Both the position numbers and the translations under genes were made by a program. From contig NC_092350.1 of the NCBI RefSeq assembly GCF_963676685.1, positions 3,968,001 through 4,032,000 of the forward strand: a stretch of DNA of 64,000 bases, in the 5' to 3' direction. The notes beneath the pieces are model-generated. The model made no database searches. It was not told where the DNA came from and saw only the letters and a program-made list of their open reading frames with translations. Of this stretch, positions 1-12,200 are shown piece after piece. Within the stretch, counting starts at the first letter, position 1; the number at the start of each line of letters is the position of its first letter. The stretch comes from Mytilus edulis (taxonomy: Eukaryota).

Positions 1-539
1 CCAGTGCAAATAACAAGAAACAAATATACATTTACTACTGTTTACATTGAACTTAATTCATGGTTAACAAATTAACTAGAAACTATTGGTAGTATAATAT
101 AAGAAGTATCTTTCTGTTTACTTTCACCAAAACCCCGCGGAAATCTCACATGCTTAGGTGCGTTCTAAAAGTCATGTACGTTCGTACAACAAAGTTTACA
201 TTAAAAACTATATAATTGTCCCGAATAAACAGCTGTCATGGATGCAAAGAGCTATTGGAGAAATTTGAATTGTTTTTGTTATCTTACAAGAGGGACGAAA
301 GATACCAAAGGGACAGTCAAACTCATAAATCTAAAACAAACTGACAACGCCAAGGCTAAAAATGAAAAACAACCTATGTTTATTCCTGAAACCAGACATA
401 TCCGTTTTTTGTCAAAAATGATTATTTTCTAAAGGTTTAAATATTTCGCGGTAACTTTGTTTGAACTTGTTTGTTTGCTTTTTGGCCTTGAATGTTTGTC
501 CTTAATAATTTAATTAACTATGTAATTGCATTCAGGTAT

Positions 540-997
540 CGCAGATCAAATTTGTTCGTTCATAGTGTGTTAACTTACGCTTTTTGATTTAGTTAAGCCT
601 TCCAATTGATATTTTATTGTGTGTATTTTTATGTTTTGATGTTATACTATTGTTTCAGAAAAGGGAGAAGGATTGGTACCATTTTAATGGTTTAATCCCG
701 TTGCAAGTGTTTGCACCTGTCCTAAGTCAGGAATCTGATGTACAGTAGTTGTCGTGTTTTTATGTAATTTATACGTGTTTCTCGTTTCTCGTTTTTTATA
801 ATACTAGTAGATTAGACCGTTGTTTTTCCCGTTTGAATGGTTTAACACTAGTAATTTTGGGGGCCCTTTATAGCTTGTTGTTCCTAGGCTCCGTTTTGAG
901 GGCCGTACATTGACCTATAATGGTTTACTTTTATAAATTGTTATTTGGATGGAGAGTTGTCTCATTGGCACTCATACCACATCTTCCTATATCTATA
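540..997 (+). mobile_element. Dispersed repeat (retroelement 3'-end-like); related copies at about 8240-8600, 34870-35030, 37985-38125 (minus), 62500-62715 (minus), 63630-63893
   Basis: Shared ...tttgcacctgtcctaagtcagg... and/or ...ggagagttgtctcattggcactcataccacatcttcc segments. Confidence 0.6.
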
Positions 998-1371
998 TCC
1001 TTTGCATGTATGTACAGTACATTAATCATTGAATAAGATGATCAATTCAAACATGCCAAAATTACAAACAATCCATCAACACCCTACATTTAATAATTTG
1101 CGACAATGGTAAAGCTGGTGACGACGGTCAATTAACATGAAAGCACAATTTGCTGTGGAGAAAACACTCAGCTTTTTTTAATCGGTTTGTATTTTTTGCA
1201 TTTTTTGCTGCAAATGTATTTTCATTGTCTGACATACTATTTTAAATAGACTTAGACAGTTACTGGGATTTGTATAACAGGAACCTCCAATGAAAGACAT
1301 TTCTGAATTACTTCACAATAAACCATTTTAACATTTCTTAAGGGGTTGCACTCACTTAAGTTGAAATTGGT

Positions 1372-2048
1372 TTGTTGTTGATATTGCAGTTTTTAACGAC
1401 ATTGACTGGCTACACACCCTCGCACGGTCGGCTAAAAGGTTTGTTGATGATGATGTTGATAATGATAGCAGTTTCTACCGACCTTGACCGGCTACACACT
1501 CTCGCACGGTTTGCCAAAAGGTTTGTTGATGATGATGTTGATAATGGCAGTTTTTAACGACCTTGACTGGCTACACACCCTCGCACGGTCGGTCAAAATG
1601 TTTGTTGATGATGATATTGATGATGATAGCAGTTTTAAACGACCTTGACTGGCTACACTGCTCTCGCACGGTCGGCCAAAATGTTTGTTGATGATGATGT
1701 TGATGATGATAGCAGTTTTTACCGATCTTGAAGGGCTACACAGCCTCACACGGTCGGCCAAAATGTTAGTTGATGATGACGGCAGTTTTCACCGATCTTG
1801 ACTGGCTACACAGCCCTCGCAGGGTCGGCCAAAATGTTAGTTGATGATGACGGCAGTTTTTACCGATCTCGACTGGCTACACAGCCCTCGCACGGTCGGC
1901 CAAAAGATTTGTTGATGATGACGGCAGTTTTTACCGATCTTGACTGGCTACACAGCCCTCGCACGGTCGGCCAAAAGATTTGTTGATGATGACGGCAGTT
2001 TTTACCGATCTTGACTGGCTACACAGCCCTCGCACGGTCGGCCAAAAG
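1372..2048. repeat. Minisatellite of about 9 units, 71-83 bp (about 3 more copies at 2834-3063)
   Basis: Unit GTTGATGATGACGGCAGTTTTTACCGATCTTGACTGGCTACACAGCCCTCGCACGGTCGGCCAAAAGATTT; period 71 (1911->1982). Left-hand units are longer because of (GAT)n expansion. Confidence 0.92.
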
Positions 2049-3849
2049 GTTTCTTTATCTAAAACTAAGACTAGTTTTGATTCTAACAATATCATAGACA
2101 AATTTATTTATTAATCATATCCATCGCATATTTTCATGTAACCTTTTAATTATGAGTTTCAAACAAAAAGATGTAGACATGAGTTCAACGTTATGCTATT
2201 TTATTTACCGTTTATCTTTAATTCTAAGAGTCACAACCCTTTACAGCCAGAATTCTATTTCGTCAAATATATCTCCCCATTCCGACGTTCGTAAAGAAAA
2301 TGAAAGCGAATTGTAGGAATGACGGATGCGCTGCCAAAGTTATCAAATGTACCAGGATTATAATTTAGTAAGCCAGACGCGCGTTTCGTCTACATTAGAC
2401 TTATCAGTGACGCTCATATAAAAATATTTATAAAGCCAAACAAGTAAAAAGTTAAAGAGCATTGAGGATCCAACATTCAAAAAAGTTGTGCCAAATACGG
2501 CTAAGGTAATCTATGCCTGGGATAAGAAAATCCTTAGTGTTTCGAAAAATTAAAAGTTTTGTAAACAGGAAATTAAGAAAAATAACCACATTATTGATGT
2601 TCATGTCAACACCGGAACGTCTACCAGCAGTGGTATCGACCCAGTGTTGTAAAAGTTATCAAAGGTACCAGGATTATAATTTAGTACGCCAGACGATTGT
2701 TTCGTCTACACAAGACTCATCAGTGACACTCATATCAAAATATTTATAAAGCCAAACAAATAAAAAGTTGAAGAGCATTGAGGATTCAATATTCCAAAAA
2801 GTGGTTCCAAATACTGCTAGGTAATTTATGCCTGCAGGGTCGGCCAAAATGTTAGTTGATGATGACGGCAGTTTTTACCGATCTCGACTGGCTACACAGC
2901 CCTCGCACGGTCGGCCAAAAGATTTGTTGATGATGACGGCAGTTTTTACCGATCTTGACTGGCTACACAGCCCTCGCACGGTCGGCCAAAAGATTTGTTG
3001 ATGATGACGGCAGTTTTTACCGATCTTGACTGGCTACACAGCCCTCGCACGGTCGGCCAAAAGGTTTCTTTATCTAAAACTAAGACTAGTTTTGATTCTA
3101 ACAATATCATAGACAAATTTATTTATTAATCATATCCATCGCATATTTTCATGTAACCTTTTAATTATGAGTTTCAAACAAAAAGATGTAGACATGAGTT
3201 CAACGTTATGCTATTTTATTTACCGTTTATCTTTAATTCTAAGAGTCACAACCCTTTACAGCCAGAATTCTATTTCGTCAAATATATCTCCCCATTCCGA
3301 CGTTCGTAAAGAAAATGAAAGCGAATTGTAGGAATGACGGATGCGCTGCCAAAGTTATCAAATGTACCAGGATTATAATTTAGTAAGCCAGACGCGCGTT
3401 TCGTCTACATTAGACTTATCAGTGACGCTCATATAAAAATATTTATAAAGCCAAACAAGTAAAAAGTTAAAGAGCATTGAGGATCCAACATTCAAAAAAG
3501 TTGTGCCAAATACGGCTAAGGTAATCTATGCCTGGGATAAGAAAATCCTTAGTGTTTCGAAAAATTAAAAGTTTTGTAAACAGGAAATTAAGAAAAATAA
3601 CCACATTATTGATGTTCATGTCAACACCGGAACGTCTACCAGCAGTGGTATCGACCCAGTGTTGTAAAAGTTATCAAAGGTACCAGGATTATAATTTAGT
3701 ACGCCAGACGATTGTTTCGTCTACACAAGACTCATCAGTGACACTCATATCAAAATATTTATAAAGCCAAACAAGTAAAAAGTTGAAGAGCATTGAGGAT
3801 TCAATATTCCAAAAAGTGGTTCCAAATACTGCTAGGTAATTTATGCCTG
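1819..3849. repeat. 1015-bp near-perfect tandem duplication (1819-2833 / 2834-3848)
   Basis: Identical ORFs at 2513 and 3528 (offset 1015); junction cctG|cagggtcggcc; one substitution noticed (2760 vs 3775). Confidence 0.93.
2338..2834 (-). mobile_element. Retrozyme (hammerhead tandem repeat), about 1.5 units; HHRs at about 2370-2415 and 2686-2731
   Basis: Same family as 29525-30088. The first HHR has CUGAUAA (G8A). The second has an intact core with a variant stem-III loop (GAAAC-AAUC-GUC). Confidence 0.85.
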
Positions 3850-4057
3850 GGATAAGAAAATCCTTAGTGTTTCGAAAAATTAAAACAGGAAATTTAGAAA
3901 AAAAATACCACAGTATTGATATTCATGTCTGCACCGGATTGTTGACTACTGGGTTGGTGATACCCTCGTGGACGAAACGTCCACCAGCAGTGGCATCGAC
4001 CCAGTGGTGTAAAAATTATGACAGGTACCAGGATTATGATTTAGTACGCCAGACGCC
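3353..4057 (-). mobile_element. Retrozyme array, about 2 units; HHRs at about 3385-3430 and 3701-3746
   Basis: Duplicate of 2338-2834 extended by another unit, ending in tagtacgccagacgc. Confidence 0.85.
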
Positions 4058-4124
4058 AATTCAGCCAATTTAGCTCTTGAAAACCAATTAATTTATCAAA
4101 ATAGCACAATTACGAACCTTATAC

Positions 4125-6720
4125 AAGAGGGTCGAAATATACCAAAGGGACAGTCAAACTCATAAATCTAAAGCAAACTGACAAAACAAACTGACAACGC
4201 CATGGGTGAAAATGAAAAAGACAAACAGACAAACAATAGTACACATGACTCAACATAGAAAACCATAGAATAAACAACACGAACCCCAGCAAAACCTAGG
4301 GGTGATCTCAGGTGCTCCGGAAGGGTAAGCAGATCCTGCCCCACATGTGACACCCGTGGTGTTGCTTATGTGATATCAAATCCGGTAAATAGTCTTATTC
4401 GGTAGGTCACATTCATAAAAGGAAAGGGGGTTGTAGTTATCGTATTGGCTGAATATCGTATCAATTGGGAGATATATACCCTGTATGCAGGTGCTACTAG
4501 AATGTTGCTACTTAGAAATGGAAAGTTCTTAATTGGAAAGCTGAAATCATCTCTTTTGTCGTAAAGTTTTGTTTTCAACCAATCCTCATTGTCAATTTCT
4601 AGATATTAGTCAAGATATGAAGCCGACTTAACTGTATCTGTAGTATCCTTTATCTCTTGTTCAATGGGAAAGATGCGTTCCACATAGTCACCAAATTTTG
4701 AATTATTTAGTGAAAGAACATCATCTATATAGCGGAAAGTAGAGTTAAAATATATTGCTAACTTCTTATCTTTCTTCCTTAGAAGTTACTGCATGAAGTC
4801 AGCTTCATAATAAAAAAGAAATAAGTCGGCAAGTAGAGGGCACAGTTTGTTCCCATTGGAATGCCGACAGTCTGTTGAAAAACACGTCCTCCGAACGAAT
4901 ATGTTGTCAATAAAAAAATCAAGCATCTTGATTATATCAGTTTCCGAGAACTTTTTGTTTGAATCAGAGTGGACCTTTACAAAGTAGGATTTATTCCTTT
5001 CTAAGACAAGATGCTTGTATCTACGTTTTCCATTATTTTTTATGAAGCAAAGCAATACCACCTTTTTTAATTTGTCTTTTAGTTTGGAATGTGGAATACT
5101 TGTGTAAAGAGTAGAAAAGTCAAATGTGTTAATACTGTTACAAGATGAAAGAGAGTAAGATTGTATGTAATCTAAAATATCTTTGGAATTTTTAAGTATC
5201 CACATCTGATTTACGCCACCTCTAGAATAGGCAGTTTCACAATAACTTTGAAGCCCGTCTTTGATTGCTGATAAAATAGATGTTAATAATTTAGAAAGAG
5301 GTTTCGTGGAGCACTTGGAAGACCCAGCAATACACCGTTGTTTGTAAGGAAACTTATGTAGTTTAGGTATCCAATACAGTGGTGGAAGATCTAGTTCTTC
5401 GTCTTTGATTGAAATTCCAAAGGAGCAAAGAACAGACCTATGATTATCCAGGATTTCCTCTTTGGTAAGTGTCGTGAGGGTATATGTTGGGTTTCCAAGT
5501 GAATTGTCAATACCTAATTTGTTTATCAAGCAGTTAATGTAATGACTTTTACACACAAAAACGATGTTATTTGGGGCTTTGTCTGCGGGGACAAGAACAT
5601 ATTTATCATAGAGGTCGGATAGGTGTTGAGCAACATTTGGGTCTTTAAAGATTGACGTAGCATGGGCATTGATGGACCAATTCAGTTTCTTAATTCTGAT
5701 TTGTATCAACGACCTCACTGCCCTTATCCATTCGAAAAGAGAGTCTACGTCTTCCTTCTTGCGCTTAGTCCATTGCCATGGCATAATCCTCGACTGTATC
5801 CATCACAATTTTAAAGTTGTATTTGCAATTGATGGATTTAGGCTCACGATATTTTGGACCTTTCGATAACAAATTTCGTAGATAGAGAAGTGTTATTAAC
5901 AATGTTAAGGTCACCGGTAATAACGTGGCCAGCAGGATTATATGTGAATTGGAAACTAGCACAAGTGCAACCAGGAGGTTTAGACTTAATGTCGTCAATA
6001 TCGAGATCCTGCAAAATGTGTTTGTAATTGAAAATTTTAGTTGCAATAGATTGGTATAGGTATCGGAAATGATTGGTACAGACTGGTCTATGAAATAAAG
6101 AGGTATTTTCTATTCGACTAATTTATGATGAAGGATATTGCCTACGTTGTCGCCATCGAAACCTTTGTTGGCAGAGGAAAGAGTAAGGAAAGATCTTTTC
6201 TCTTTTTCATCTTTTCCAATGCGGACTGGCTTGAAAAGTCTGTGACTTACAATATCCGAAATTATAGCTTCAAGTTTGTATTAGTTTGAATGAGGGTTTG
6301 TAACAGTGGATTCCAAACATAATTTGAACAGAGAATGCAGTTTTGTAAGGGGTAATGAATAAAGTTTCGTGCGAATGTGATGAATACCTAACGGCTGTTG
6401 TATAAATGACAGCAGGTCATTAATGGAGACATCATGCAGAAAAGGTGATGTATAATGACGATGACCATGACTGTGTCTACCTCGAGGAGTCGAGTTGAAA
6501 ATATTCATCACATTCACCGAGTTACACGAAGGACTAGACAGAATACCTATACCATCAATTTGGTCATTGCAACCATAAGGTGTCACAGTTTCCAATTGTC
6601 TAATCAAGTAGTCTTTTTGTCTACGGAGAGTCGTTGAAAGATTAGAATTGTTAGAGCTATGGTATAGCTTTTCGATAGTGCGAACTGTCATATAAACGAT
6701 GGAATAATCGGGCCAATAGA
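4125..6720 (-). mobile_element. Penelope-like retroelement with N-terminal GIY-YIG endonuclease (Naiad-type), decayed and 5'-truncated
   Basis: Motif order on the minus strand: GIY-YIG C-terminal motif (RRQKDYLIRQLETVTPYGCND), linker CTC...PAGHVITGDL, RT motifs LYWIPKLHK, DFSTLYTSIPH, VGIPMGTNC, FRYIDD (about 4720-4737), thumb TKLYDKRDDFSF / YISQLIRYS, then a 3' UTR repeated many times in the window. Several frameshifts and an internal deletion near 4441. Confidence 0.85.
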
Positions 6721-7039
6721 CATGTATATGCCGTTTGTATTTTAATAGACCAACATTTATCTGCTAGTTACATGTATATATTGGGCATCAGTTATTATGC
6801 TTATGTACTTTTGAAAAATTCCACCTGTAAACCGATGAGACAATTATTATGACTTGACTGAAGGTGGGGAGAGATGCAAAATAAGGCTTTACAACTATCA
6901 ATCTATTATCATTTTTGTTTTTCGTCGGAATTTATGCTATGTATAAAACAGACCCACTATGATTTGAACCTGGCAATGCCACAATCAACTGTTTTATGAA
7001 AAATGGTCTCTTATATAATTATTTCAAAAGTTTGCAATA

Positions 7040-7165
7040 ATAACATTAATGGTACCAATTTTTCTGCACCAGATGCGCATTTCGACAATACATGTCTCTT
7101 AAGTGATGCTCGTGGCCAAAATATGTAAAATCCAAAGCTTAATATATAAAAGATGAAGAGTCTCA
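7040..7165 (-). mobile_element. Second retrozyme family fragment with a degenerate hammerhead (7066-7111)
   Basis: Reverse complement reads GAGCAUCA CUUAAGA GACA uguau UGUC GAAA UGCGCA UC UGGUGC. Stems I, II and III co-vary relative to family 1; core G5 is mutated to U. Confidence 0.72.
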
Positions 7166-7589
7166 AAGTATGTACAAGTTTCTCAATGCTCCATAACATA
7201 ATTCAAGTACAACACGTACATGTATATAAGATGCATAAAATAAAAACAAACCCATCTTTATTACTCTTTCAAAGCCCATAGAAACAGATGTACAAAGTCC
7301 AAGTTTACCAATTTTGCTTTTAACCTTTTCTTAAAAAGAGTTCCATTTCTTTTGTAATTTCAATAGGGTTTCCGCCTGTTTCAATAAAACGTCTCTCTAA
7401 GTACTTATTAAGATGGGAGATAACTGGTGTGTGTCAAACCTTTGTATTAATTAAATTGATTAATGTCAATTACATGTAAATGTTATTTTAAGAACTCTCA
7501 ATAGTCATTATTTGTAGTCACTGGACCATATGGAGGGAAATAAACTTATATTTTTTACATGCAACTACATTATGTACCTTTCAAAAGTA

Positions 7590-7919
7590 CAGTGGAGATC
7601 ACTTCTATGCTCTTCAACTTTTTACTTGTTTGGCTTTATAAAAATTTTTTGAGCGTCACTGATGAGTCTTATGTAGACGAAACGCGCGTCTGGCGTACTA
7701 AATTATAATCCTGGTACCTTTGATAACTAACCTCTCATTAAATATGCCAGGAGAACTGTTCTAGAACAGTACGTAGAACTGTCAGCCTGACACCTTTTAG
7801 TCAGTTCTAGGGTAGAATTGTTCTAGGTAGAACTGTTCTAGGACAGGTTAGAACAGTTCTATGACAGATATTCTGACATTCTGACAATTCTAATGAGAGG
7901 TTAGAAGTGATCTCCACTG
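7590..7919. mobile_element. Tc1/mariner-type MITE (TA TSD, 29-bp TIRs); left TIR split by a retrozyme fragment
   Basis: TA-CAGTGGAGATCACTTCT[7607-7728 insert]AACCTCTCATTA ... TAATGAGAGGTTAGAAGTGATCTCCACTG-TA. Confidence 0.88.
7651..7696 (+). ncRNA. Type I hammerhead ribozyme, intact core
   Basis: GCGUCA CUGAUGA GUCU uaugu AGAC GAAA CGCGCG UC^ UGGCGU; predicted cleavage after 7690; palindromic stem III (ACGCGCGU). Confidence 0.9.
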
Positions 7920-9214
7920 TATGTACTTGTTATAAAGTAGATAGGACTAGAAAATTACTGGAGTAAACAAGGACTTTGTCCATAGTTCTGTAGATAGTAT
8001 ATTCATATGCAACCAACCTGGGACATCACATATAAAATCAGTTGCAGCCTTTGAAAGAAAACACCAGCATGGGAGCAAAAGCCGTGTTTCCCTCCCCGTA
8101 ACCCTGAATCTCAGGCTGTCAACCTTTTCATGCATTTATATTCTTGTAATAGAAGGGGTTTTAAGAATGTCATATACATGTAGAATCCAAAATGTGATAA
8201 AAAGAAAACTTTGCTCCATCAACTGATTTTATTAGTTCTTATGTTGTACTGTTACATCACTGTCCAAGGTTAGGGCCGAGTGTGATCCTGCTAACATGTT
8301 TAACTCCGCCAAATGCTGTATGTATGTGTCTACCCATGTCAGGATCCTCAGTGGTTGTCGGTTGTTGATGTGTTACATATTTTTATTTTGTTTATTTGCA
8401 CATTAATTAGGCCGTTAGATTTCTCGTTTTAGCTGTTTTACATTTGTCATTTCGGGAACTTTTATAGTCGACTATGCGATACAGGCCTTTACTCATTGTT
8501 GAAGGCCGTAAAGTGGCCTATAGATGTTAATTTCTGTGTCATATGGTCTCTTGTGAAAAGTTGTCTAATTATCAATCATACCACATTTTCTTCTTTTATA
8601 ACACATCAGTTATTTATCACACGTGACGCAAAAGCTTCTAATCCACCCAAAATACCTTATTGCATCCTTAGTTTCTGATTCATTTGTGCAAGGTCATAGC
8701 TAAGTATGTCTAGTGCATATTTTGGTGGTATGTTTTGTCTGTTTGTTTTGTTTTTTGTTCTCCTCTTTATATGGATTTTGACTTTTCAATTGCCTGATTT
8801 TGCTTTTTTTCTCTCTTTGTATTTTCTCCCTTTTTAAACACAGTGTTAAACCTTTTTTCTCTATACTGATATGTTCGTGCTGCAGAAATGTCTTTAAGAT
8901 GTGGTTAAGAAAAAATAAATTAAGGGATAACTATCTTAGAAAAAAGTTTTATTGCATAGCTGCCAACAACTGTTTATTAACTTCAAAAAGTATAGTGGTT
9001 AAACAAAAAAAAAAAAACAAACGATTGTCTGATTTTCGCTGAAATTTTCTGTGCTCTTCTGTTCTTTAACAAAAAAAAAGTTTTTTTGTCGTTTTTTTAT
9101 TACACACACATACACACATCTTTGTTTAAATTCATCGCAAGACGTTTTCATATATTCATACAACATTTATGCATGACGTTAACTACTACTCCGTTGGTTT
9201 GTTTGTTCCTCAGA

Positions 9215-12200
9215 CTATGTGCATCTCTCGAAAGTTTGGGTCATCTTTGCGCCACTTTCCAGTACTTCCGCAACCTTAAATGACAATCAGTTGCTATGAC
9301 ATCATTGTCGATATCATTATGATTCATTCGTAATAGTTTATTAGTAAATGTTCATAATTTTTACGCAACATACGTCAGACACAATAAAAAGTAATTAGTA
9401 TATTATTACAGCTACAAAATAAAACTGGTTTTGTGACAGATAGTTGGAAAAGTTCAATTTGTTTAAAAGTACACATACAGTTACATTGTAAGTAGTTTTT
9501 TCAAAATCGGCTATTATTTTTTATATTCGGGATGGGGTATGTTTGAGTGCAGTGGTAAACAAGATCCTGTAAACTAAACAAATTGATTTTGATCAGTTGA
9601 AATAAAATATTCTTAAGTTTAAAAACGACTGTGTTTCAATAAACCCTTATCAAGTTTATATTTCAGGTATGTTTAAAAACAGTTGCACTCAATATATAAA
9701 ACGTTTAAGCATTCTATAAAGCTTTTTCATCGCTATTTTTCAAAATTTTCCTTTGTTCTTACGGATTGATAATTTCATTTCTCAGCGGTGTCGAGTGATT
9801 TGAAAACTATCGCTAGAAACTAAGGAGACACGTGGCGTTGCTAATGAAATTGATATGAAATTGATATGAAATTGATAACGTCTTCATAGGTAAAATAGCG
9901 ATAAACAGATTATCTCTGGTCATCTCAACCGTACCGGCTCAAGCGACAAAATCAATCGCGTTAAGATGATCAACGATAATCTACAAGTAGCGATTCGCAA
10001 TATCAGTCTCAGAAGTACGATGTGATTTATGTGGTTGGTTTATAAATAATTTAATTTTTAATGTAACGCGTCTTCTGATTGGTTGACGTTATTTTCTTAT
10101 CAGCCCGTTGGCATAATTTGGTCATGTGTTTGTGTCGTCATCGCAACGGTTTTTAATGGTGTTCTACGGTTTAAAATAAAATTTAGAATTGAATTATAAG
10201 AAATGAATGTAACATTTATTCAGGCTTTCTATTCGAAATAGCATAAAAAATGTGGTGCACACTGTTAAATAACCCGCTACGCGAGTTATTCAGTGTGCCT
10301 CAATTTTTATGATATTTCTTCATAGACAGAAAAAATATTACAGTCATTCCTTAAATAAATAAGGTGATGTGTTATGATTTGCAATGAGATTTTTCCCATA
10401 CAAATGGCATGGCTACAGTAGGGTCCATAAACATTATTAATTTAATGAATACTCACTGCTGTCATTTTATTTCCTTCAACTGTTCGTACAAGTTTTATAT
10501 TTTTCCAACCACCTGGTAGTTCCATTTTTTCCAATACAGTCATTTTGGAATCCGAGTCAAATGTGATAGTAATCTAAAACACAAAGATAGTTATCAAAGA
10601 TACCAGGATTATAATTTAATATGCCAGACGCGCGTTTCGACTATATTAGAATCATCAGTGACGCTCAGATCAAAATAGTTATAAAGCCAAGCAAGCACAA
10701 AGTTAAAGAGCATTAAGGACCCAAAATTCAAAAACGTTGTTCCAAATACGGCTGAGGTAATCTTTGCCTTGGATAAGAAAATCCTTAGTTTTTAAAAAAT
10801 TTCAAAGTTTTTATCAAAATGACCATATTATTGATATTCATGTCTACACCGAAGTGCTGACTACTGGGCTGGTGATACTTTCGGGGACAAAACATCCAGC
10901 AGCAGTGGCATCGACCCAGTGATGTAAATAGTAACTGTTATCAAAGTTATCCGGACTATAATTTAATACGCCAGACGCGCGTTTCGTCTACATAAGACTC
11001 ATTAGAGGACCGTAGTAAAAAAAAAAATTTTAAGCGAATAGCTAATTTACAAGATATCATTAATAGAAATGGGAGCGGGGCGAAAATTGGGATGATGTGT
11101 TTCATTTATATATTAATGAAACAGAAAGTAATGTTAACGTAAACAACATTTCGGACTGTTTTGTGCTGAACGTCCATTCTGGACAAAACATAATATTCAA
11201 AGTCGGCAAAATGGTTTTACGCCTTGTCTCCGTGGTGCATACCTGACATAAAACCAGTAGATTCCTGTTTTACAAGACCTGAAAGTAAGTATAAGCTTCC
11301 ATACACCCACTCATGTGTTTGAACAACTGAAGATGGATCATACACATGTATAATAAATGTTCATATTTGTGAACAGTCTCCAATTCCTCAATCTTGCATA
11401 GGGAAAAGTAAAATCACAAAAATACTGAACTCCGAGGAAAATTCAAAGAGTCAAGTCAATACATGTAATCAAACGACAAAATCAAAAGTTCAAACACATA
11501 AAAAGAAAAAGTAAATTATAATGATACACTTCAATTTTGACTACCTTAAGACATTGTCCAAATGAGTTTTTCGTCACCAATTCCTTCCCCTCTTCGTATG
11601 TATTAGTTGATTTAGGTGTGTTATTTGATTCATTTGTAATTGAGAACGTATCTCCATCTTTGGTGAACTCAAATGTCCATTTAGATTCTTGGTACTTTTT
11701 AATCATTTCATCTGTGAAGCCTGCAAGTTAATTAATACATGTATAATCAATACGTTAAAAAAGCTGAGACTGAGACAAAAAACAAGCATAATTACATGGA
11801 AAACTTAAACTAGGATTTCATTAAATTCCGTTGTCATTCTGCTGATTGTATATTTTAATTTGTAACCGGCTATATATTTTTGCAATAAATACACAAATTC
11901 TTTGGTCGTCATCGTAAATTAATCCCTATATCAAACATTGACCAAGATTCTAAAATTACTAATAAACCTTAACTGTCTTATTTATACAACGTGTACCATG
12001 GTATCGGATTTGTTTCGTATCTCGATACTATAATCCGTTCCCTTTTCATAAATGTGACCTAGCTAATTAGACTATTTACCGATTTTGTAATTACATGAGC
12101 AACATGACAGGTACCACATGTCGAGCAGAATCTGCTTACCATTCCAGAGCACATGTGATCATCCCAGTTTTTGGGTGGGGTTCATGTTGCTTAGTCTTAC

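Noticed and set aside
1372-1986. ORFs within the 71-83-bp repeat, and TGATGA as snoRNA C boxes
   Set aside because: Low-complexity repeat translations; no paired D box architecture
7255-7325. Alternative FABP last exon (…SMGFERV)
   Set aside because: Purine-rich acceptor and no stop after FERV; 9215-9274 fits better and has a paralogous exon at 21655-21714
7947-8135. 62-aa minus-strand ORF with slightly higher GC
   Set aside because: No recognisable motif or splice partners
9765-10355. Helentron/MITE-like pieces with internal inverted repeats in FABP intron 3
   Set aside because: Hairpins are visible (9908-9982; 10259-10298), but termini and family could not be defined from single copies
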